Source: a virus
DNA length: 31,340 bases
IMG/VR virus record: IMGVR_UViG_3300000101_000086
Reading direction: 5' to 3' (one strand)
Below the pieces are notes generated by a model, which was not told where the DNA came from, made no database searches, and saw nothing but the letters and a program-made list of their open reading frames with translations. A program made the translations under genes and the position numbers. This document shows, in pieces, positions 24,569 to 31,340 of the stretch; within the stretch, counting starts at the first letter, position 1, and every line of letters begins with the position of its first letter.

Positions 24569-24950
24569 TCCAGATAAAGTAAGAATGCTCGCATCATTTG
24601 GGTGTAAGTACATGGATATAGGCAAATACTTCGAGGTTAGTGAAGCATATATACGTAGAGAGTTCAAGGAGCAGTATGAAGCAGGTCGTGAGGACATGAA
24701 GTTCAAACTGCGCAGAGCGATGTGGACATCTGCGATGGAGAATAACTCCATTGCAATGCAGATATTCATGGCGAAGAACTATTTAGGTATGAGTGATAAG
24801 ACTGCCGTTGACATGACTACAAACCTGCAATCCGTACTCCAAGAGTGTGGATTTGAGGAGAACCCAGTTGATAAAACAAATAGTGAACAAGCACAAGCTC
24901 TGGAGGATCTTGGGATACGACCCGACTCCACAGCAGTTGGCAGTTCATAA
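24549..24950 (+). CDS. terS: Terminase small subunit
   Basis: It lies directly upstream of and overlapping the large terminase. It has an N-terminal HTH-like MKKKKVDPDKVRMLASFGCKYMDIGKYFEVSEAYIRR and an IFMAKNYLGMSDK motif common in small terminases. The start is ambiguous (GTG 24522, ATG 24525 or ATG 24549). Confidence 0.6.
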   Translation: MKKKKVDPDKVRMLASFGCKYMDIGKYFEVSEAYIRREFKEQYEAGREDMKFKLRRAMWTSAMENNSIAMQIFMAKNYLGMSDKTAVDMTTNLQSVLQECGFEENPVDKTNSEQAQALEDLGIRPDSTAVGSS

Positions 24951-26175
24951 CAGTAAAGCGAGATTTCGTGTCTGCCTAATGGGTAGACGTTCTGGAAAAA
25001 GTTTTATGGCAGCGCATGAGATACTGCCTTGGTTACTAACACCGAATACTCGTGGTTGGATCGTAGGTCCTAATTATGCGCTGGCAAATAAGATTGCTCG
25101 TGAGGTGAAGCGAGTGGTAATGACTCAGTTGCAGTTACCGCTTGAATCCAAGAAAGAGATTTCAGGTGACTTATATTATATGAAGTTAGCTGGACTCAAT
25201 TCTGAGTTATCTGTGAAGTCAGCAGAGAATCAGGAATCTTTGATTGGAGAAGGTGTGGACTGGCTAGTTATTGATGAGGCCGCGCTTATATCTAGAAATG
25301 TATTTGAAATGTATTTAAGACCAACACTATCAGATAGACAAGGATGGGCATTATTCTGCTCCACACCGCGTGGGTTCAACTACCTGCACAAACTTTACGA
25401 CTTTGGCAACAAACCAGAGCATCCAGATTGGGAGTCCTGGAGATTTCCTAGTACACTATCACCATATTTCAAGGATGACCACGAAGAATTAAAGCGCACC
25501 TTGACAAAAGAGACATATTTACAGGAGATTCTCTGCGAATTTCAATCCTATAGTGGGAAAGTATATCCATTAAACAGAGATACACAAATCAGAGCAGACG
25601 TAAAATACGATCCATCCAAACCAGTATATGTTGGCCTAGATTTTGGCTATCGTCATGCACATGCAAATATCGTCCAAATCCACAACCGCGAGAAGAATTT
25701 TGCTGATATACATCAAATAGATGAGGTAAACCTGCAAAACACACGCACAGAAGAGTTTGCGCAGAAGCTAAACTCATTAGGTTATGAATATACTGGCATA
25801 TGGGGTGATCCAGCAGGAAGTGGCACAAATTTGCAGTCTGGAATTAGTGATTTGCAAGTATTTGCCAATCATGGTTTGCGAGTCAGCATAAAACGTGATG
25901 CAGTGACAAGAAATGTAGTTTCTGGAGTATCGCACGTGCGTAGATGGTTTGAAGATGCAAATGGTGAGCCACATTTCTTTATTAACCCAAAATGCAAGAA
26001 AAGTATTGAATCCTACGAGAATTATCACTATCCAGAGCATCGTGATGACCAAACACTGCGCCATGAACCAAAGAAAGATGGTAAGTTTGATCATGCGTGC
26101 GATGCGCTTAGATTTTTATTAACCAACTTATTTCCAATGAAAAACAGACACGCTGGTGTCATCGATTTCTTTTAA
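24847..26175 (+). CDS. terL: Terminase large subunit
   Basis: It has Walker A GRRSGKS and Walker B LVIDEAA. Acidic nuclease motifs are VGLDFG, WGDPAG and DHACDALR. The listed start is GTG at 24847. A TTG at 24910 behind GGAGG is an alternative. Confidence 0.85.
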   Translation: MDLRRTQLIKQIVNKHKLWRILGYDPTPQQLAVHNSKARFRVCLMGRRSGKSFMAAHEILPWLLTPNTRGWIVGPNYALANKIAREVKRVVMTQLQLPLESKKEISGDLYYMKLAGLNSELSVKSAENQESLIGEGVDWLVIDEAALISRNVFEMYLRPTLSDRQGWALFCSTPRGFNYLHKLYDFGNKPEHPDWESWRFPSTLSPYFKDDHEELKRTLTKETYLQEILCEFQSYSGKVYPLNRDTQIRADVKYDPSKPVYVGLDFGYRHAHANIVQIHNREKNFADIHQIDEVNLQNTRTEEFAQKLNSLGYEYTGIWGDPAGSGTNLQSGISDLQVFANHGLRVSIKRDAVTRNVVSGVSHVRRWFEDANGEPHFFINPKCKKSIESYENYHYPEHRDDQTLRHEPKKDGKFDHACDALRFLLTNLFPMKNRHAGVIDFF

Positions 26176-26184
26176 AGGTAGACT

Positions 26185-27555
26185 ATGCTAACAATATCCG
26201 ATCAATCAGAAGGCGCACTATTAGGCGCACTGCAAGAGCAGTTAAAATACATCGAAGACGAGCGTACTCGTGAACGTGATTACTTAATGGACTTCTATGA
26301 AGGCATTAATATCGATCATTATGTGAGTGAGTATTTTGGTGCAGAGACACTGCGCCAAGCCGTAACGCCTCAAAATAACTTAACGAGGCGTGTGTGTTCT
26401 TTACGTGCAATGACTTACAAACGGCCACCACGTATGCGTACAAGCGATGAGTATATGGACTTCATTGATAAACATAGTTTAAATGCGCAACGCAGGATGT
26501 TGGAGCGACTTACATTTTTATTAGGTAATATGGCATTTCGCAGTAAATGGAATGAAGTAAACCAAAAGGTAGAATATGAAATCCTTTCCCATTTCACTCC
26601 ATTATTTTTAGCTGGTGATTCCAGAGATAAGCCATTTGGTGTTATGTATCCAATTGAAAATCAAGGCAACGCACGTGTAGAGCAAGCGGTGTATGCTGTG
26701 TGGACAGAAGAGCGTTATGGGATACCAGGAAGACATTTCTTAGTGGATGAAGAAGGTAAGGTTATTAGTATTAATGATTCAGATATTAATCCGTATGGAA
26801 TCTTGCCAGTTACCTTTTGCCACAGGTATCCACCAATGCGTGATTATCATGTAGGCAACGCAATGGACGTTGCTCAAACCGATCTTGCGGTAAATGTTGC
26901 ATTATTAGAGTTAAACCTAGCAATACGATATGGTTGCCTTGGTATTAAATACATTAGTGGTGTGGATGATCCATCACGTATTAGTATTGGAACAGATAAG
27001 ATTTTATATTTGCCAGAGCAGGCAAACTTTGGTGTGACTTCCAGTGGTGGTAATTTAAATCAAATTATTGATTCTACACGATTCTTAGTGGAGACAACAC
27101 TAAATAACAATCATATACGTGCAAAATACGCACGTGATGACTCAGGAAACGCACCAAGTGCTGCAAGTCTTAGTATTGTAGAGATGGAAAACATGGACGA
27201 GCGTTCTGCAATGACAGAAGATACTTGGAGACCTTGGGAACATAAAAGATTTGAAGTAGATAGTCGTATTATTCAGGTAGAGGCAAATCGCAACGTAGGA
27301 ACAGAATATAGTGTTGACTTCCTCGAACCAAACTACGCATTAACACCTGAAGCAGAAATTATGCTATGGGATTGGCGTTTCTCACGTAATTTAGCAACAC
27401 CTATGGACTGGTTTCAATATCATAACCCAGATGCCTCACCAGAGGACTTAGCTCGTTTTGAAGAACAGCAAGTGGAATCAGAGAAGCCAGAACCCACTCA
27501 AAATCGTTTATTAAACATCTTAGCTTCTAATGGCAACGATAGACCAAGCAATTAA
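26185..27555 (+). CDS. Portal protein
   Basis: 456-aa ORF immediately downstream of terL and upstream of the Mu-F-like head protein. The call rests on size and position. Confidence 0.7.
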   Translation: MLTISDQSEGALLGALQEQLKYIEDERTRERDYLMDFYEGINIDHYVSEYFGAETLRQAVTPQNNLTRRVCSLRAMTYKRPPRMRTSDEYMDFIDKHSLNAQRRMLERLTFLLGNMAFRSKWNEVNQKVEYEILSHFTPLFLAGDSRDKPFGVMYPIENQGNARVEQAVYAVWTEERYGIPGRHFLVDEEGKVISINDSDINPYGILPVTFCHRYPPMRDYHVGNAMDVAQTDLAVNVALLELNLAIRYGCLGIKYISGVDDPSRISIGTDKILYLPEQANFGVTSSGGNLNQIIDSTRFLVETTLNNNHIRAKYARDDSGNAPSAASLSIVEMENMDERSAMTEDTWRPWEHKRFEVDSRIIQVEANRNVGTEYSVDFLEPNYALTPEAEIMLWDWRFSRNLATPMDWFQYHNPDASPEDLARFEEQQVESEKPEPTQNRLLNILASNGNDRPSN

Positions 27556-28201
27556 TAGTTATGAAAGCAATATTGAAAGCGCATTGGATGGATTTCAATC
27601 GGATATTGAAGAATTGGAAGAAGGTGGTTTATCAACAGCAGAAATCTTGGGTATTATCGCTGCGATTGACTTTACGTCCTATTTTATTGAAGATTTACGC
27701 TTTTCTACCTCCATCAACACCTTCATGGCTACAACGGAAACTATTCTTAGTGATTTGCCGATGTTTGGGGTTACGTCCGAAGTACAACTCCTGGCTCTCC
27801 AGAATTTACAAAGACAAGGAATTGAAGGCGTGACACGTTCTGTAGCAAATACAATGCAAAATGCGATGGCTTCAGGTCTTTCTAGTGGATTACGAGGTGA
27901 TTTATTAAAAGATTCAATACGAGCATCGATTAAAACCAATGTGCCACGTGTGGAAAACGTAATTGGTACTATGCTTGGTGATTATAGAAGATCCGTAGTG
28001 TCCGTTATGGCGATGGACCTACCAGAAGATACATTATATGAGTATGTCGGACCAGACGATGAGAAGAATCGTCCTGTATGCAGAACATTTTTAGCCAATG
28101 ATCCATTAACAATAGATGAGATTAGAGCAGTAAAGTCCGATGGTTTTGAACATGGCGGTGGCATCCGTTGCAGACATTACTGGTATCCTATTAATGTTTA
28201 A
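27530..28201 (+). CDS. Minor head / head morphogenesis protein (Mu F / SPP1 gp7-like)
   Basis: The C-terminal NRPVCRTF ... GGGIRCRHYWYPI resembles the conserved Cys/His end of Mu-F-type proteins. It follows the portal gene. Confidence 0.65.
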   Translation: MATIDQAINSYESNIESALDGFQSDIEELEEGGLSTAEILGIIAAIDFTSYFIEDLRFSTSINTFMATTETILSDLPMFGVTSEVQLLALQNLQRQGIEGVTRSVANTMQNAMASGLSSGLRGDLLKDSIRASIKTNVPRVENVIGTMLGDYRRSVVSVMAMDLPEDTLYEYVGPDDEKNRPVCRTFLANDPLTIDEIRAVKSDGFEHGGGIRCRHYWYPINV

Positions 28202-28655
28202 TTTACCAGACATATTAAAGTTTCGTAATGCGGATGTTAAAGAGATGGCAAAGAATGCTGTTGACAACCATAAAAGTCAGATTGCTAGTGGTAAAGGATT
28301 TGATAATAGTCCATTCAAAGACTATTCTGATAGTTATGCAAAGCGTAAGAAAGGTGGGCAGAAACAACCTGTTACGTTAAAAGATACTGGCAAGATGTTA
28401 AAAGCATTTCAAGTGCAACGCACCTTAGTAAAAAAGAATCAAGAAATACAATTTTTATATGGTATTAAGAAAAATAAGCAAGGAACAAAGCTATTTAATC
28501 ACAATGAAGGTGAAGGTAAAATGCGAAAGCGTTCCATTGCAGAAAATCAAGAATTAGGCGATGAAGTAGAAGAAGGTATCGTCAAAGACTTCGCCAATAT
28601 TATTGGCAAGAACCTATCACGTATGAGCAAGACACACGTTAAAGTAAACATATAG
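28194..28655 (+). CDS. Hypothetical virion morphogenesis-associated protein (153 aa)
   Basis: I prefer the ATG at 28194 (8-nt overlap with the upstream stop) over the listed 28140 start. No firm motif was seen. Confidence 0.4.
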   Translation: MFNLPDILKFRNADVKEMAKNAVDNHKSQIASGKGFDNSPFKDYSDSYAKRKKGGQKQPVTLKDTGKMLKAFQVQRTLVKKNQEIQFLYGIKKNKQGTKLFNHNEGEGKMRKRSIAENQELGDEVEEGIVKDFANIIGKNLSRMSKTHVKVNI

Positions 28656-28664
28656 GAGGACAGA

Positions 28665-29207
28665 ATGTCCGAAGAACAAGAACAAGTTGTACAGAAAGTA
28701 CCAGCACCTACAGTTGATCCTGAAGTGCAAGAACAAACAGAGAAGATCCAACAACTCGAAGTTGGAACACTTATCGCGGAAAGCAAGAAATATCGAGGTC
28801 GCGCACAAGTTGCCGAGCAAGAGCTTGCTAAAATTCGCAAAGAAGTCGAGGAAACACGTATTTCACAATTAGAGGAACAGGAGCAATGGAAGTCTCTTGC
28901 CGAGGAGCGTGCTGCAAAGCTCGCTGAACTCGAACCTATTGTGACTGCTGCACAAGAACAGGAAGCTGATCTACGTGCGGAGCTTCTTAGTGAGATACCA
29001 GAAGAAGAGCATGAAACATTTGGTGCATTACCACTGAATGCACTTCGTGCTGTTGTAAATAAATTGAAAACTCAACGCGTTGCGGTTTCCAATGCTCCTA
29101 GTGCGCCACTCAATGATAATAATGTGGAATTAAAAAAGATAAAAGATAGTGATCGGCGTATGAACTGGAATAATATATTGGAATCCTATAAACGCAAAAG
29201 TCAATAG
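28665..29207 (+). CDS. Scaffolding protein
   Basis: Glu/Gln/Ala-rich predicted coiled coil directly upstream of the major capsid gene, with an AGGAGGA SD. Confidence 0.65.
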   Translation: MSEEQEQVVQKVPAPTVDPEVQEQTEKIQQLEVGTLIAESKKYRGRAQVAEQELAKIRKEVEETRISQLEEQEQWKSLAEERAAKLAELEPIVTAAQEQEADLRAELLSEIPEEEHETFGALPLNALRAVVNKLKTQRVAVSNAPSAPLNDNNVELKKIKDSDRRMNWNNILESYKRKSQ

Positions 29208-29216
29208 GAAAATAAA

Positions 29217-30083
29217 ATGGCTAATGTTACTACAACAACTGCTGCCGCGTTTATCCCAGAGCTGTGGAGAGATGCAATCCTAGATTATGCGGAACGTAAG
29301 TTTCAGTTGCGTAATCAAGTGATGGATTTCTCATCGGAGATGAGTGGTGGTGGAGATGTGTTAAACATCCCAAAGGTTACTGAAGAAACTGCTGCTGCAA
29401 AAAGTGCAGGATCAGCGGTTACTTATAGTGCAAATACTGATAGTTCAGTTACTGTAACTGTCGATCAACATCATTACGAAGCAAAGAGAATTGAAGATAT
29501 TGTACGTGTACAAGAATCTGCAAATCTTTTTGGTGCATATGCTCAGTCTATGGGTTATGCTCTTGCAAAGAAAGTAGAAAACTACCTTGCAGTAGATGTT
29601 CTACAGTCTGCAACTGGTAACGATGTTACTTTAGCAAGTGATAATACCATAACCTCTGCGTTATTACGTAGTGGTTTGCAAAAACTGCTTGATGCAGGCT
29701 TTGATTATGCTGATGGTGAAACATACTTATATGCTTCTCCTGCTGCGTACATGGGATTATTAGGACTTCAGGATTTCTATGATTCATCTCGTAGAGGTGA
29801 TGAGCAGAATCCTAACGTATCTGGTGGAGTAGGCATGATCTATGGAATGCCAACATTTATCTCAACAGATTGGGATGATGATGGTGGTACTGGTGATGAA
29901 ACTGCAAGTGTATTCAAGAAAGAATCTGTTTACATGGCTATGCAGTTACAGCCTAGAGTGCAGAGTGCTTATGATATTGACCACTTAGCTACTTCCGTTG
30001 TTGCGGACGTGCTATTTGGAGCATCCTTATCACATGGTGCTTCTAGTACTTCACTTGGAGTTGTAAACTTCAATAATCCGTAA
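29217..30083 (+). CDS. Major capsid protein
   Basis: 288-aa ORF after the scaffold gene, with an N-terminal AAAFIPELW motif seen in HK97-fold coat proteins. A strong hairpin follows it. Confidence 0.75.
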   Translation: MANVTTTTAAAFIPELWRDAILDYAERKFQLRNQVMDFSSEMSGGGDVLNIPKVTEETAAAKSAGSAVTYSANTDSSVTVTVDQHHYEAKRIEDIVRVQESANLFGAYAQSMGYALAKKVENYLAVDVLQSATGNDVTLASDNTITSALLRSGLQKLLDAGFDYADGETYLYASPAAYMGLLGLQDFYDSSRRGDEQNPNVSGGVGMIYGMPTFISTDWDDDGGTGDETASVFKKESVYMAMQLQPRVQSAYDIDHLATSVVADVLFGASLSHGASSTSLGVVNFNNP

Positions 30084-30090
30084 GGTTAAA

Positions 30091-30118
30091 TGGGCAGGTC
30101 TTCTACTAGACCTGCCCA
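30091..30118 (+). terminator. Strong hairpin after the capsid gene (10-bp stem TGGGCAGGTC/GACCTGCCCA, 8-nt loop); attenuator or RNA-stabilising element
   Basis: The stem is perfect and was read directly. No U-run follows, so it is probably a partial terminator or a processing/stability element. Confidence 0.5.
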
Positions 30119-30135
30119 GTATAAAAGGAATAATT

Positions 30136-30300
30136 ATGTTATATTTTAAAAGAAAAGATGGATCAGTATTTGGAAAACAAGATTCAATTAGTAAGGAACA
30201 AATTGATGCCTATCTCAAAGATGGTTGTGAGCCTTGTAATGAGAATGGTGAAGTAAAAAAACCAAAGAAAAAATCTATATTGAAAAAGAAAAAGAAATGA
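30136..30300 (+). CDS. Hypothetical protein (54 aa), Lys-rich C-terminus
   Basis: Not in the ORF track. Hand translation: MLYFKRKDGSVFGKQDSISKEQIDAYLKDGCEPCNENGEVKKPKKKSILKKKKK. It has AAGGAA upstream and an ATGA overlap with the next gene. Confidence 0.4.
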   Translation: MLYFKRKDGSVFGKQDSISKEQIDAYLKDGCEPCNENGEVKKPKKKSILKKKKK

Positions 30301-30482
30301 GGACTAACGATTTCTTTTGTCATCCATGCAAGTATATATGGGAAATGGTATGGTCAAAGGATGAGGAAATTACTTGTCCTAGATGCAAAGGCAACAAGGT
30401 ACGTAAGTTAATCGCAAGTCCAATCATACATAGTAAGTCAATATCTGACTCAAGTTTACGAGAGCAAGGTATTGTAGATTAA
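30297..30482 (+). CDS. FmdB-type CxxC...CxxC zinc-ribbon protein (61 aa)
   Basis: FFCHPCKYIWE ... ITCPRCKG matches the CxxC_CxxC_SSSS zinc-ribbon layout. Confidence 0.55.
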   Translation: MRTNDFFCHPCKYIWEMVWSKDEEITCPRCKGNKVRKLIASPIIHSKSISDSSLREQGIVD

Positions 30483-30543
30483 ATAACCGAAATGCCCATG
30501 AGAGTAGCTACGCTCGGTAAGGCATTCATAAAGGAGAAACAAG

Positions 30544-30876
30544 ATGGCTGATCTTTCAAAACATTCAGTTGTTGAGTCACTTAATATTTCTAGTGCCGCA
30601 AATCATTCTGTGCAATCTGCACAATCCGTAACCACAGGAACAGAATATAATTTAGATGTAAGTGCTATACATAGCATTATATTACAGCCTAGTAGCGATG
30701 TTTACTATGGCTTTAGTTCATCTGCAAGTGATATGATAAACGCTTCAAATAGCCTGTATTTAGCAGGCGGAGACACTATCTATGAATTGAATATTCCGCA
30801 TGGTGTTGGTAGTGCTGTTTATTTACACTTACTTGGTAAAGGTGCAACGTCCACAGTTCGCATTGTTTTAGCATAG
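30544..30876 (+). CDS. Hypothetical structural protein (110 aa; possibly capsid-associated)
   Basis: AAGGAG SD. It sits between the capsid gene and the fibre gene. Confidence 0.45.
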   Translation: MADLSKHSVVESLNISSAANHSVQSAQSVTTGTEYNLDVSAIHSIILQPSSDVYYGFSSSASDMINASNSLYLAGGDTIYELNIPHGVGSAVYLHLLGKGATSTVRIVLA

Positions 30877-30885
30877 GAGCTTATT

Positions 30886-31340
30886 ATGGCATCATTTAAA
30901 AATTTAATTAGCACTACATCAGCACAAATATCATCTGGTGGAACAATCACTGGCGATTTGGTAATTAATGGTGATCTCCAGGTTGATGGAGGTGGTTCAC
31001 TTAGCTTTGATGAGATAGTTCAAGGTACACAAGTAATTGACGTAACCAATACAGAAGCCTTATTAGTTCGCAAGAATGATGATGGTGGAGATGTATTTGT
31101 TGTAGATACTACTAATTCACGAGTAGGTATAAATTCTACGCCAAGTAGAACATTTCAAGTGGATGGGACTGCTAGTGCTACAACTGCCACTGGTTATTTT
31201 TATACAAATGCAATTCATACTGGTGTAGATACTCAATCAGTTGTTTCTATTCGTTCTGATAATGCTAGTTCAACTGGAAATGTACTTCATGTACAAGGCG
31301 ATGGAACTGGCAATCTACTTACTTTAAGCAAAGATGGTTC
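30886..31340 (+). CDS. Tail fibre protein, N-terminal part (continues past the window end into 106..2566 of the closed genome)
   Basis: ATG at 30886 with GGAG 6 nt upstream. The frame is open to the window end and in phase with frame 2 at the window start. Confidence 0.7.
   Translation, partial: MASFKNLISTTSAQISSGGTITGDLVINGDLQVDGGGSLSFDEIVQGTQVIDVTNTEALLVRKNDDGGDVFVVDTTNSRVGINSTPSRTFQVDGTASATTATGYFYTNAIHTGVDTQSVVSIRSDNASSTGNVLHVQGDGTGNLLTLSKDG
31236..31340. repeat. Terminal direct repeat, identical to 1..105
   Basis: Direct comparison of the two ends. Confidence 0.95.

Noticed and set aside
25589-26094. Minus-strand ORFs 25589..25828 and 25777..26094 inside terL. Similar antisense or off-frame ORFs were seen at 26415..26597, 27561..27833, 27679..27939, 27982..28164, 28547..28840, 28617..28820 and 28687..28872
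   Set aside because: All are embedded in genes with recognisable terminase, portal, head or scaffold character, and none has independent support.
30489-30527. Imperfect compound hairpin (aatgcc...ggcatt around a tagcta palindrome) between the zinc-ribbon gene and the 110-aa gene
   Set aside because: It has only a 6-bp outer stem with a 24-nt interior, a mismatched inner stem and no U-tract. That is too weak to call without folding energies.
1-31340. Searched by eye for tRNA genes, CRISPR arrays, integrase/attP, a DNA polymerase and toxin-antitoxin pairs
   Set aside because: No tRNA-like T-arm or anticodon-arm pattern was seen in the intergenic regions. No regularly spaced repeat-spacer array was found, and no tyrosine or serine recombinase or polymerase motifs appeared in any ORF translation. 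Absence is based on visual inspection only and should be confirmed with tRNAscan-SE, minced and HMM searches.

Overview
The window is a complete genome of about 31,235 bp from a tailed dsDNA phage. The first 105 nt (1..105) are identical to the last 105 nt (31236..31340), so the contig closes on itself. This junction lies inside a ~971-aa fibre gene (30886 -> wrap -> 2566). Almost everything is on the + strand in tightly packed, often translationally coupled (ATGA/TAATG) genes. Three + strand modules can be read. (1) A late/packaging-head module at 24227..30876: sigma-region-4-like regulator, TerS, TerL, portal, Mu-F-like minor head protein, scaffold, major capsid. (2) A fibre gene, small membrane/coiled-coil proteins, a run of five extremely basic small proteins, then a siphovirus-type tail module at 6617..15630. 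The tail module includes a major tail candidate, a chaperone pair with an A_AAA_AAG -1 frameshift site, the tape measure protein, a LamG-domain tail protein and one further tail protein. (3) An early/replication module at 15686..21765: Cro/XRE-like HTH behind a palindromic operator, SSB, an Hjc-like resolvase, several PD-(D/E)XK-fold proteins and a primase-helicase. The only leftward transcription unit is a visibly AT-richer four-gene cassette (22605..23875, minus strand). It has its own sigma70-like promoter, four near-identical ribosome-binding regions and a GP88-like Cys-motif protein. It is separated from the rightward genes by a bidirectional terminator and a ~0.8 kb largely non-coding stretch carrying an iteron-like repeat cluster (candidate origin). 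I saw no tRNA, CRISPR array, integrase or DNA polymerase. All functional calls come from motifs recognised by eye and from gene order. No database search was run.
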